61,681 bases of DNA, taken from positions 1 to 61,681 of the IMG/VR virus record IMGVR_UViG_3300027833_000050. One strand, 5' to 3'. The translations under genes and the position numbers were made by a program. The notes under the pieces were generated by a model. The model was not told where the DNA came from and searched no databases. It saw nothing but the letters and a program-made list of their open reading frames with translations. This stretch comes from a virus. Taxonomy: Duplodnaviria; Caudoviricetes. Positions 47,677 through 57,256 of the stretch are shown in pieces (positions within the stretch are counted from its first letter, which is position 1; each line of letters begins with the position of its first letter).

Positions 47677-50462
47677 ATAGTAGTAAGAGTATTGTCATTG
47701 ATTAAGACTTTGTAAGTAGTTGTTGCTCCACCCGGCACGGTATGCTTCAAGTCTAGGTACTTATTTGGAGTATTATTAGCATTGTTAGAACCAAATTCAA
47801 ATACAGAAAGGCTTTTCAGATTAGCTGGTGGCACACTAACCGATAAAGTTTTATAGACTAGTTTTTCTGTCATAAGATTTTTATGAGTTGATGGAGTAGC
47901 TAGTCCCAAATCAGTACTTTCAAATGGGGGAGCAGTATTTAGAGGTATTACACAGTATTCTCTATTTTTGTTTCTTCCAGGTGCACCATAGCCGTCAGGC
48001 ACAAGAACAATTGTTGCACCTGCAGGTATTGTCGATTGTATCTGTCTACTTATTTCTATAAAACTACCAGTAGCATCTGTACCAGAGGTAGTGACAAGAG
48101 AAGCGTTAGTGCCGTTAGCGATATCTGTTGCTTCGTCTATAATTGGCGTGCCACTTGTGCTTCCTTTGTAATATACTACATCATTAACCATCGCACTACC
48201 TCTAGATATATCTGTCACATATATTTTTTGAGGACTGGCAGCCGGAGAGTTTACAGAAACTTCAAGACCGTATACCCCTTGACACTCTGCTTGACCTGAA
48301 AGGTCGTTAAGACCCTTGCTCGCATACACTAACGACAATCCTAAAGCTGGAAGTATTGTGCCACTGTCAGCATCTGCACTATTATTGGGATGGGCTACAG
48401 CTATGATCTCAGTTGCACCGCCACTTATTACTGAGGAATTGATTTTTAATGGATGGTCATGACTGGCAGATGTTCCTGCTTCACTTCCTCCAGTAAAAGT
48501 TATATTGTGTATTAAATCATCTCTAGAAATAAGGGACAAATCTTTATTCATAGAGTCTGTGCCGGTATCTAGTTTTCTAAAATCTGTAACTAATGGTAGA
48601 CTTCTAGCATCTCTCTTATATATTCCAACTAATCCTTTATTTTTAACTATGAGTATATCATGTGCGGCACCTTCTGCAAGCCCGGTCACTGTCCTATAGC
48701 TTGACGAGACATACACTTTATCAGCACTTACAAATTCTTCTATTTGAAAGGCATATGCTTTCGAACCAGCATTGGCCCAGTCCGTATTGAAGGCAGGAAC
48801 AGTTATAACCCAGTCTCCCACTGATGTCCCACTAAACACATTGTCAGCAAGATCATTTGAAACTAGTGTGCCGGTTTGTTCTAGTCTTACATTTTTTTGA
48901 GCAACTGTGTTATTACTATCGTTATATCCATAAGTTATCCCAGCCGTCTCTTGCTTAGGAACATACTCCAGACTAACTGTATCTGCTACAGTCAACTTTG
49001 CAGTAGAAGTCTGCTTTAGTGTGTAAAATCTATTTGCATCAAAAAACGGAAAAGTATATTTTCCAAAAGAGTCAGTTACTCCACTAGTCTTATAGAAGTA
49101 AAAGAAATTGAGTTTTGCATTTGATTCTACATCTTCTTCGAAGTGTTTAACCCTATACTTTTGATTTTGAGTCAATGTGGGCCAGTAAGCAGTATATCTA
49201 ACTCGCCTTCTACTCCCTCTCGCTGCCTCAGTGATGTAAATGTATCCCGAATCTAGTTCATCGTTTATAGAGTCAAATTCGAATGTCTGGATCGATCCAC
49301 TACTTTCAGTACTGCCGACATCAATGTCTAGTGTAGCATAATATTTGAATGAACTAGATCCTAAATCATAAGACCTGCCTATGTTCTCAACCGTAGCAAC
49401 ATTACCATTTAGGGTGATCGTCATTCCAATAGCGACTCTTTTATAGTCCTCTTCTTGTAATTCTATCCTAGTAACATCTGAAACAGGTTCCCACACTATA
49501 TTGTAGAAAGTTTTTGTGCTTTCGCTAGTGATGGCTTTAAGCATAGTCCAGTTATTATCACTTCCATCAACAACTGTATCTTCTTCTATTATGTAGAAGC
49601 CTGTGTTAAACCAGATCTGAGCATATCTTCCAGTTAAGTATCCTTCCCACTGAATTCCTCCATAACTATCAGTGAATGTTGGATGAATTCTTCCGTTTAG
49701 CTTGAACTGTCCGTTTGACCAAAAATCAGCTGGTCCTACAGTAGAGGTTAGAGATGCATCTACTTTAGTGGTGAATACTTCACCTGCTTTAAGAGCGTTT
49801 GCGTTTGCTGTACCCGATGCACCGTTAGGCAATGTGACATTTCTAACATCCATATTGTTGTATGGAGTCATATTACCAGGTAATGGATCTATGGCCACAA
49901 ATATATCGCCTACAGCAGGTGCTGACCCTTTATTTGTAACTGAAATAGCATCCATTTGCGTCTCATTGACAAGATTGCCTTCTAGTCTATATCTATTCCC
50001 AGAAGTAATTAGATGTGCTTTCAACTCTGTGTTTAGATTATCAGTAGTATTTGCATTTAATCTATCTGATGGAATAAATGTCGCATTAGGACCAGTACCG
50101 CCTTGCGTCCAAGGTGGATCACCAAGAACCGCTTTATAGTTGTCGATATAGTCCTGAATAGTTATACGAGGCTCAACATTAATCAAAGTATTACTTGTTG
50201 ATGTTGATTGTATCGTGCTTCCTGCTAGACCGATAAGCTGAGTGGATTGTCCAGCTTCATTCACAATATTAGATAAGTTAGTCTCTGCAATACCTACTAA
50301 CGGAAGAATATCAGAGGATGTAAAGCTAAGAGGAACTCCTTCAGGATCTAACTCAGTAGATAGATCATCCAGTATATTATCTAGTGCTTCTGTAGGATTT
50401 GTAAGATCAGATAAGTTTCTATCTGCTCTTAAACCGAATGTTAAATACTTTGTTCTTGACAT
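47673..50462 (-). CDS. structural protein in inverted orientation (possible PA14-like segment)
   Basis: 929 aa; FGLRADRNLSDLTNP.EALDNIL N-terminus, GGIQWEGYL motif; has its own late promoter. Confidence 0.7.
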   Translation of the reverse strand: MSRTKYLTFGLRADRNLSDLTNPTEALDNILDDLSTELDPEGVPLSFTSSDILPLVGIAETNLSNIVNEAGQSTQLIGLAGSTIQSTSTSNTLINVEPRITIQDYIDNYKAVLGDPPWTQGGTGPNATFIPSDRLNANTTDNLNTELKAHLITSGNRYRLEGNLVNETQMDAISVTNKGSAPAVGDIFVAIDPLPGNMTPYNNMDVRNVTLPNGASGTANANALKAGEVFTTKVDASLTSTVGPADFWSNGQFKLNGRIHPTFTDSYGGIQWEGYLTGRYAQIWFNTGFYIIEEDTVVDGSDNNWTMLKAITSESTKTFYNIVWEPVSDVTRIELQEEDYKRVAIGMTITLNGNVATVENIGRSYDLGSSSFKYYATLDIDVGSTESSGSIQTFEFDSINDELDSGYIYITEAARGSRRRVRYTAYWPTLTQNQKYRVKHFEEDVESNAKLNFFYFYKTSGVTDSFGKYTFPFFDANRFYTLKQTSTAKLTVADTVSLEYVPKQETAGITYGYNDSNNTVAQKNVRLEQTGTLVSNDLADNVFSGTSVGDWVITVPAFNTDWANAGSKAYAFQIEEFVSADKVYVSSSYRTVTGLAEGAAHDILIVKNKGLVGIYKRDARSLPLVTDFRKLDTGTDSMNKDLSLISRDDLIHNITFTGGSEAGTSASHDHPLKINSSVISGGATEIIAVAHPNNSADADSGTILPALGLSLVYASKGLNDLSGQAECQGVYGLEVSVNSPAASPQKIYVTDISRGSAMVNDVVYYKGSTSGTPIIDEATDIANGTNASLVTTSGTDATGSFIEISRQIQSTIPAGATIVLVPDGYGAPGRNKNREYCVIPLNTAPPFESTDLGLATPSTHKNLMTEKLVYKTLSVSVPPANLKSLSVFEFGSNNANNTPNKYLDLKHTVPGGATTTYKVLINDNTLTTI

Positions 50463-50495
50463 AGTTCTTCCAATTAGTTCTTATAGGGTTATTCT

Positions 50496-50511
50496 GTTAT
50501 TTATAAATAAC
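50496..50511. promoter_or_regulatory. bidirectional palindromic late promoter
   Basis: Perfect palindrome GTTATTTATAAATAAC with TATAAATA on both strands, between divergent genes. Confidence 0.85.
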
Positions 50512-50535
50512 TGTAGTATCTATTGGAGAAAAAAG

Positions 50536-50946
50536 ATGGCAATTAAAGCAAACTTAACAGTCGATCAAGGTGCAGACTTTACCGCTACTATTGATCTAAA
50601 AGCGGCAGATGGGCAGGCATATAACCTTACGAATCATCTCGTTCACGCACAGATGAGAAAGAATCCTAGTCAATCAACTGCAAGTGCAGACTTTAAATGC
50701 ACACATAACGATAACTTGGGACAAATTGTTCTAACTTTGAGTAGTGGAGCTAAAGTTGCAACAGCAGAATCCGGCACTAGAGGTCAAGCTGGCTTTACTC
50801 AAGCACAACCAGCACAAGTAGGAACAGCAAATATAGAAGCAGGCAGATATCTATATGATGTAGAAATAGCTGATAATAGCACTCCTAATGTTATTACTCG
50901 TGTTGTACAAGGAACAGTAACTGTTACAGCAGGGATAACGAAGTAA
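50536..50946 (+). CDS. BppU-N-like adaptor/structural protein (136 aa)
   Basis: GGAG SD at 50525; NLTVDQGADF...AQMRK...GRYLYDVEI...TRVVQG.VTV..GIT. The start is 50536, not 50242. Confidence 0.8.
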   Translation: MAIKANLTVDQGADFTATIDLKAADGQAYNLTNHLVHAQMRKNPSQSTASADFKCTHNDNLGQIVLTLSSGAKVATAESGTRGQAGFTQAQPAQVGTANIEAGRYLYDVEIADNSTPNVITRVVQGTVTVTAGITK

Positions 50947-52064
50947 TGAGTGATGAAGAGATTAGCGGATCAGTATCTACTAGTCAAAATCTTGTGGCAC
51001 AGGTTAGTCAAGCACAGTCATTAGATGCAAAATTGGATGTAGACGGAAACTTAGTAGTAGAAAGCTTTCGAATAGACCCCACTAATCTGACATTAGATTC
51101 GCTATCAAATACGGATATAACGAATCCAGAAAATGGTGCATATTTGTACTATGACGGGTCTGCTCAAAAGTGGAAAGATGGTGGAAGTCTTACAACTTTG
51201 ATTAATAGCGTAAAGACCGAGTCATATCCATTTGTGAAAAGATTTAGTATACGAAGAAATGATTATTTTACTGGAGTCACTTCTTCGGGTCAGGCCCAGT
51301 CGTTTAGTGAAGTTTCAGGTACTGTTAATCGTCACTTTGGTGGCGCAACTAGTGGCTCTGACCCTTTAGGTATACCTGCACCATATGCCGGAACAACAAA
51401 AAGACAAAGAATTAATATCAATTTCGATTACCACATAACGGCTAGCGGGATTGCCTCTGATGCAGAGTTTGATATAGAGCATATAGTAAGAGTTAAATCC
51501 AAAGGTGTTGATGCAATTTCTTTGGGCACTGTTAAGTTTCCGACTACAACCGTGGATTTGGCAGAACTAGGGGTGGGCAGTGGCGGTGGAAGAAAACTGC
51601 GAATACAAGGTAATGTTACTGACAAGCTTACTGTTTTTGGTAAAATAGCGGCTACATCAGGCGGGTTTGATGATCTAGACATAGAAACATTTTTCTATAA
51701 CTCTTATATGGATGAAACTGAGATTAAATATAACATAGGCTTTTCTGATTCAAGTAATTTTGATTTTAGTGCGGGAGACACAGTGTATTTTAGTGCTGAA
51801 AGATTTACGCCTTCTGGTGATTATTACGAAGTAGTACATGAGTCTAAATCTTACACGGTTGATCTGTATGCTGGTGGTGCAAACCTAGGCCCCTTTGCAG
51901 TTAACGGTAATAGCAATTTTTCAGAAAATTTCGATATAATATTACCAGAAACAACTACAAAAACTGAGATAACTGTGGATTCTAGACCTCACAATGAAGA
52001 TATAGGGCAAGGCCATACATTAAAACTACGAAAAATTTACGGGTCAGTAGAGAACTTAGCTTAA
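50946..52064 (+). CDS. fibre-like structural protein
   Basis: LDSLSNTDITNPENGAYLYYDGSAQKW fibre motif; TAATG coupling to the upstream gene. Confidence 0.6.
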   Translation: MSDEEISGSVSTSQNLVAQVSQAQSLDAKLDVDGNLVVESFRIDPTNLTLDSLSNTDITNPENGAYLYYDGSAQKWKDGGSLTTLINSVKTESYPFVKRFSIRRNDYFTGVTSSGQAQSFSEVSGTVNRHFGGATSGSDPLGIPAPYAGTTKRQRININFDYHITASGIASDAEFDIEHIVRVKSKGVDAISLGTVKFPTTTVDLAELGVGSGGGRKLRIQGNVTDKLTVFGKIAATSGGFDDLDIETFFYNSYMDETEIKYNIGFSDSSNFDFSAGDTVYFSAERFTPSGDYYEVVHESKSYTVDLYAGGANLGPFAVNGNSNFSENFDIILPETTTKTEITVDSRPHNEDIGQGHTLKLRKIYGSVENLA

Positions 52065-52074
52065 CTTTATAGTG

Positions 52075-52082
52075 TATAAATA
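52075..52082 (+). promoter_or_regulatory. T4-type late promoter for the neck/terminase operon
   Basis: TATAAATA 32 nt before gp13. Confidence 0.8.
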
Positions 52083-52114
52083 CTATAATTACTAATATAA
52101 TTTAGGGTACAAAC

Positions 52115-53131
52115 ATGGCACAGCCTACAAGTAAAGCAGAATTTAAAGAATATTGTTTGAGAAAACTGGGTAAACCAGTAATTGAAATCAATGTCGATCA
52201 AGATCAAGTTGATGATCGTGTTGACGAGGCACTGTCATACTACGCAGACTATCATTTTGATGGTGTTGAAAAGACTTATGTTAAGCATCAGGTATCTAAC
52301 TCTTACATACAGTTCACTGCTTTAGAGATGGGCGATAATCCAGACTTTGCAGTAGGTGAAGTTATCTCTGAATATGCTGATAATACGACTGCGGACGCTA
52401 CTGCAACCGCAACAGCAACTATCATTTCAATTGATGCAACACTAAAGAGAGTATACTTTAAGAAGCCCACTACTGGTGCTTTCACTGTAGGATCATATGT
52501 CGCAAGTACCACATTTTCAGCAAAACATGGTGCGGCAGCCGATAACCGAAGAGTGATATCTGTTAGCTATCAAGGCACATTCGAGCTTGAGTATATTCCT
52601 GTACCAGAAAATATTATTGGTGCGATTAACGTGTTTAGTCCAGAGTCTAACGTATCTTTGGGTAGCGGTATCTTTAGCGCAAAATATCAGTATGTACTGC
52701 ACAATCTACATGATATTAATATGGGTCCTTTGGTAAGCTTTCAGATGTCGATGCAACATCTACAACTCATAGAGGAGTTACTTGTTGGTGCAGTGCCTCT
52801 AAGATACAACCGCCATTTAGATCGAATCAAGCTAGACATGGACTGGGATAATCTAACAGTAGGAAACTACATCGTAGTAGAAGCATATCAAGTTATAGAT
52901 CCAGACACATTCACTGATGTGTGGAAAGATCGTTTCTTGCAAAATTACGCAACAGCAAAAATCAAATATCAGTGGGGCTCAAATCTCACTAAGTTCAATG
53001 GCATGACATTGCCCGGTGGTGTTCAGTTCAATGGAGAACAAATTTTAAGCGATGCACGAGAAGAGATACAGAGGCTAGAAGAAGAAATGTCTAATAGCTA
53101 TTCTCTACCGTCTGTCGATATGATAGGATAA
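52115..53131 (+). CDS. gp13: neck protein gp13
   Basis: FKEYCLRKLGKPVIEINVD.DQV.DRVDEAL.YY..YHFDG, K.QWGSNLTKF.G..LPGGV.FNG. Confidence 0.95.
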   Translation: MAQPTSKAEFKEYCLRKLGKPVIEINVDQDQVDDRVDEALSYYADYHFDGVEKTYVKHQVSNSYIQFTALEMGDNPDFAVGEVISEYADNTTADATATATATIISIDATLKRVYFKKPTTGAFTVGSYVASTTFSAKHGAAADNRRVISVSYQGTFELEYIPVPENIIGAINVFSPESNVSLGSGIFSAKYQYVLHNLHDINMGPLVSFQMSMQHLQLIEELLVGAVPLRYNRHLDRIKLDMDWDNLTVGNYIVVEAYQVIDPDTFTDVWKDRFLQNYATAKIKYQWGSNLTKFNGMTLPGGVQFNGEQILSDAREEIQRLEEEMSNSYSLPSVDMIG

Positions 53132-53135
53132 AAAA

Positions 53136-54176
53136 GTGGCTAAAAACTATTATTTTGAAAACTTCGAGAACTCGATGGAGCAGACTCTCATCGAAGACTT
53201 GGTTATTGAGTCGATAAAAGTCTACGGCATGGATGTGTGGTATATTCCTAGAACACTATCTACGCTACAGAGTGGAGTTAGGGTTATTAGAGATGATATA
53301 TTGAACGAAGACGACTTATCAACATTTGATGATGCATATATGGCAGAAATGTATGTGAAAAGTGTTGATGGCTTCGAAGGAGAAGGCGACTTCTTATCTA
53401 AATTTGGTCTTGAGATTCGTGACTCCATTACCATGACAATAGCTAAAAGAACATATGAATCTGAAATTGGAACAAACGAGTCTAACACTAGACCTAGAGA
53501 AGGCGATTTAATTTATCTTCCATTGAATAATAAGATATTTGAAATCCAGCATGTGGAACACGAATCAATCTTCTATCAAATGGGCTCCATTCAAATGTAT
53601 GATCTTAGAGCGGAACTTTTTGAGTATAGTGGAGAGAGGTTTGAAACGGGTCAGAAATTTATCGATGAGAAGTTTGATAATGTCGATCTATTTGTTTCAT
53701 CTGATTCTGTAACATACGGAGTCAAGCACGATAATGGATTCTTATTGTTGGATTCCACTAAAGCTCCATTTGCAAGTCATGTTAGAAATCTTTCTATAGA
53801 ACTTGAGATAGGTAGAACTTACATATTTGATCAACAAGATGTGACAAACGCTGGTCAGAGATTACAGATATACACGACATCAGATCCTTCTACAGATGTT
53901 CTAGTTGCAGGACAAGTTACAGCAGGCACGCTAGGAAGTTCTGGTGCGAAAACGACCTTTACTCCAACTACTACGGGAAGTAATGCTGTTTCTCCAGGCG
54001 AATATTATTACAGAACTGCTGACGGTACAGCGTATGGAACGATAACATTAGTTGCCTCTAGAATTGATAATGTAGAAGCATATGACGCATTAGCAGATAA
54101 CACCACAGTGGGAACTTTTGCTGATAATTTAATAGACTTTACTGAAACTAATCCATTCGGAGACTTAGACCTCTAA
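53136..54176 (+). CDS. gp14: neck protein gp14
   Basis: EQ.LIEDLVIESIK.YG.DV.YIPR, GFEGEGDFLSKFGLEIRD, PREGDLIYLP, FYQMG, DFTETNPFG; GTG start. Confidence 0.95.
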   Translation: MAKNYYFENFENSMEQTLIEDLVIESIKVYGMDVWYIPRTLSTLQSGVRVIRDDILNEDDLSTFDDAYMAEMYVKSVDGFEGEGDFLSKFGLEIRDSITMTIAKRTYESEIGTNESNTRPREGDLIYLPLNNKIFEIQHVEHESIFYQMGSIQMYDLRAELFEYSGERFETGQKFIDEKFDNVDLFVSSDSVTYGVKHDNGFLLLDSTKAPFASHVRNLSIELEIGRTYIFDQQDVTNAGQRLQIYTTSDPSTDVLVAGQVTAGTLGSSGAKTTFTPTTTGSNAVSPGEYYYRTADGTAYGTITLVASRIDNVEAYDALADNTTVGTFADNLIDFTETNPFGDLDL

Positions 54177-55135
54177 TGTACGGTACTCATTTTTACAACG
54201 AATCAACGAGAAGATATGTAGCCGTATTCGGCACGATGTTTAACAATCTTCAAATCGAAAGAAAAAGCGGATCAACTTCAGTTCAAAAGATGAAGGTGCC
54301 CATCAACTACGCACCCATGCAGAAGATTCTTGCTAAACTAGAACAAGATCCGAATCTCAATGCTCCTGCGATTACTCTACCTAGGATGTCTTTTGAGATT
54401 ACTGGTATGAACTACAGTTCTGAGCGAAAACTAACCAGTATGACTAAGCAGGTTAAAGGATCACCGGCTTCTGATGGAAGAGTAAGTACGATGTTTGCTC
54501 CTGCCCCGTATGATATAGAATTTCAACTAAACATCATGACAAAATACAATGAAGATGGAATGAAAATTCTTGAGCAAATATTACCGTACTTTAAACCAGA
54601 CTGTACAGTAAGTGTTAAGATGATAGACGAATTAAATACTTATGTAGATATTCCAGTTGTGTTGAGTAGCGTGTCACAAGAAGATTCATATGAAGCAGAC
54701 TTTCAAACGAGAAGAGCATTGATTTGGACACTTAACTTTACAATGAAAGCATTCTTCTTCGGTCCAACCACACCCAAGAAACAAATTAAGTTTGTTGATG
54801 TCGATCTATACCCATCGTTTGAAGATTGGAACGGTGGAGAGCAAATAGCAGTAACTCCTGCTGTCCCTCAGGCACTATCTGCATTAACTGCGGGCACTAG
54901 CTACATAATATACGATCTAGGTAGCGGCACAAGTAGTGCGAATCAAACAGCTTGGAACACATATCTTAGTAGCACCTCAGTAGTTTACAAGGTAGGCGGT
55001 ACATTTACAGCACCAGCAAACCCAGCGACTAATGCTCCTGCTGGAGCAACAGCAACTTCTGTCCCTGCTGATATAAAAGAGAATGATAGCTGGCAAGCAA
55101 TGACAATTATAACAGATATTGACGAACACACATAA
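54176..55135 (+). CDS. gp15: tail sheath stabiliser/terminator gp15
   Basis: HFYN...RRYVAVFGTMFN, KVPI.YAP.QK, LPRMSFE, EQILPYFKP, R.LIWTL.FT.K..FFGP. Confidence 0.95.
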   Translation: MYGTHFYNESTRRYVAVFGTMFNNLQIERKSGSTSVQKMKVPINYAPMQKILAKLEQDPNLNAPAITLPRMSFEITGMNYSSERKLTSMTKQVKGSPASDGRVSTMFAPAPYDIEFQLNIMTKYNEDGMKILEQILPYFKPDCTVSVKMIDELNTYVDIPVVLSSVSQEDSYEADFQTRRALIWTLNFTMKAFFFGPTTPKKQIKFVDVDLYPSFEDWNGGEQIAVTPAVPQALSALTAGTSYIIYDLGSGTSSANQTAWNTYLSSTSVVYKVGGTFTAPANPATNAPAGATATSVPADIKENDSWQAMTIITDIDEHT

Positions 55136-55144
55136 AGGCATATC

Positions 55145-55558
55145 ATGAATGATGAAATAGGTAAAAGTCTAGGACTTGAGCCTCTGGATGATGTAGTCGA
55201 AGGGAAGGTAATTGAGAGAACAGAAGTTCCCACTGACGACAAAATGAACAAAGATTATGAGTACGCTAGAAGTAACTTCTATAATGTAATCGAATCTGGA
55301 ACAGAGGCGTTAGAGCAAATGCTCGATGTAGCAAAAGCATCAGAGCATCCGAGAGCATATGAAGTCGTATCGACTATCATGAAGACACTTGTAGATGCCA
55401 ATAAAGACTTGGTCAAAATGTCTACTGATAAGATTAAAGTAGAATCAGAGAATGCTGAGACAGCACCAAAAGGACTAACTACTAATAACAATCTTTTTGT
55501 AGGTTCTACAAATGAACTACAGCAATTGATAAAGGACATGAAAACTAAAGATGTCTAA
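55145..55558 (+). CDS. gp16: terminase small subunit gp16
   Basis: DYEYAR.N, A..SEHPRAYEV, NNLFVGST.EL. Confidence 0.95.
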   Translation: MNDEIGKSLGLEPLDDVVEGKVIERTEVPTDDKMNKDYEYARSNFYNVIESGTEALEQMLDVAKASEHPRAYEVVSTIMKTLVDANKDLVKMSTDKIKVESENAETAPKGLTTNNNLFVGSTNELQQLIKDMKTKDV

Positions 55559-57179
55559 GTTGCTAGACAGAGGCTATAACGGTAACGCCAACCTAAAGCG
55601 CAAGGGTACTCCGATTGAGTTTACTCAGGATATGGTTGGCGAGTTTATCAAGTGCGCTCAAGATCCAACATACTTCTCTGAAAAGTATATTCAGATTGTA
55701 CACGTTGATAAGGGTCTCATTCCAATCAAGATGTACGATTATCAGAAAGAGATTGTCGAAAAGATAACAAACAATCGAAGAGTGGCAGTGGTAACTTCAC
55801 GACAAGCAGGTAAGACAACTACTGCCGTTGCCGTTATTCTACACTATGTATTATTCAACGACCACAAGACCTGTGCTTTACTCGCTAACAAAGGCGATGC
55901 GGCTCGTGAGATTCTAGATCGAATCAAGATTGCATATGAAGCATTACCCAAGTGGCTACAACAAGGCGTTATCGAATGGAACAAAGGCTCTGTCGAGTTT
56001 GAGAACGGATGTAAGATCATTGCAGGTGCGACATCATCGAGTGCTATTCGTGGTAAATCTATATCGTTTCTATACATAGATGAAACCGCATTCGTAGAAA
56101 ATTGGGATGAGTTCTTTGCTTCTGTATTCCCAACGATATCTTCTGGTAAGACTACAAAGATGCTGTACACATCTACGCCAAATGGACTCAATCACTTCTA
56201 CAAGACTTGTGAGGGAGCGAAAGCAGATACTAATGGCTTCGAGTATGTTGAAGTGCCGTGGCAAAGAGTGCCAGGACGAGACGAGAAGTGGAGAAAAGAG
56301 ACTCTTGCGGCTATGGACCAAGATACTCAGAAGTTCTCACAGGAGTTTGAGTGTGGATTCTTAGGATCGTCTGGAACTCTGATCGAGGGTGGTAAGCTAA
56401 AGAGTCTTGTGCCCAGAACTCCAGTTGGTCAAACACAGCACATGAAAGTGTATGAAAAGCCTCAGAAAGATCACACATACTGCTGTATCGTAGATGTCGC
56501 CAGAGGTAAAGGATTAGATTACTCAGCATTTCAGATTATCGATGTTACAGAGATGCCTTATCGACAAGTTTGTATGTTTAAAGATAACATGATAACACCC
56601 ATCGACTACGCTGAAATCATATATAGAAGTATAAAGAGTTATAATGAGGCTTACACATTAGTGGAAGTCAATGATATAGGTGAGCAAGTCTCAGAGACAT
56701 TGCATTACGAATTTGAAGTGGAAACACTCATGTTCACAGAATCCGCAGGTAGATCAGGCAAAAGAATATCTACTGGATTCTCAAAGAAAGCAGATAAAGG
56801 CATTCGAACAACAAAAGCAGTTAAATCCGTTGGATGTAATATGCTCAAGATGTTGGTTGAACAAGACCAACTAATATTGAATGACTTTGATACGATTAAC
56901 GAACTTTCGACATTTTCTAGAAAAGGCAACTCTTACGAAGCAGAATCAGGATGTCATGATGACCTAGTCATGGGTCTAGTTCTATTTGCTTGGATGACTG
57001 ATCAGATGTTCTTTAAAGAGATCACTAATATAAACACAGTCAACGAACTAAGACAGAGAAATGAAGAAGAATTAGCAGAGAGTTTATTGCCTATAGGCTT
57101 TAACGACTACGATTCTAATAGCGACTCTAATCCTGTTCCAGTTTCAGTAGGAGACGATGATAATTCCTGGCTACACTAA
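55551..57179 (+). CDS. gp17: terminase large subunit gp17
   Basis: Walker A SRQAGKTT, Walker B LYIDETAF, TSTPNG, nuclease VDVARG.GLDYSA and HDDLVM. Confidence 0.98.
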   Translation: MSKLLDRGYNGNANLKRKGTPIEFTQDMVGEFIKCAQDPTYFSEKYIQIVHVDKGLIPIKMYDYQKEIVEKITNNRRVAVVTSRQAGKTTTAVAVILHYVLFNDHKTCALLANKGDAAREILDRIKIAYEALPKWLQQGVIEWNKGSVEFENGCKIIAGATSSSAIRGKSISFLYIDETAFVENWDEFFASVFPTISSGKTTKMLYTSTPNGLNHFYKTCEGAKADTNGFEYVEVPWQRVPGRDEKWRKETLAAMDQDTQKFSQEFECGFLGSSGTLIEGGKLKSLVPRTPVGQTQHMKVYEKPQKDHTYCCIVDVARGKGLDYSAFQIIDVTEMPYRQVCMFKDNMITPIDYAEIIYRSIKSYNEAYTLVEVNDIGEQVSETLHYEFEVETLMFTESAGRSGKRISTGFSKKADKGIRTTKAVKSVGCNMLKMLVEQDQLILNDFDTINELSTFSRKGNSYEAESGCHDDLVMGLVLFAWMTDQMFFKEITNINTVNELRQRNEEELAESLLPIGFNDYDSNSDSNPVPVSVGDDDNSWLH

Positions 57180-57190
57180 GTTCAGATTAT

Positions 57191-57198
57191 TATAAATA
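57191..57198 (+). promoter_or_regulatory. T4-type late promoter for gp18
   Basis: TATAAATA in the gp17-gp18 intergenic region. Confidence 0.85.
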
Positions 57199-57256
57199 TA
57201 GAAATAACGAATAAAAGAAGTTTGTAACTTACAAAATAAACAAGGAGAAATCGACA

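Noticed and set aside
47673-50462. Invertible (shufflon-like) tail-fibre segment
   Set aside because: No flanking inverted repeats or recombinase were seen, and the gene has its own late promoter in the current orientation.
50242-50535. N-terminal extension of the 234-aa ORF in the track
   Set aside because: It overlaps the minus-strand 929-aa gene and the late promoter; the SD and the recognisable domain begin at ATG 50536.
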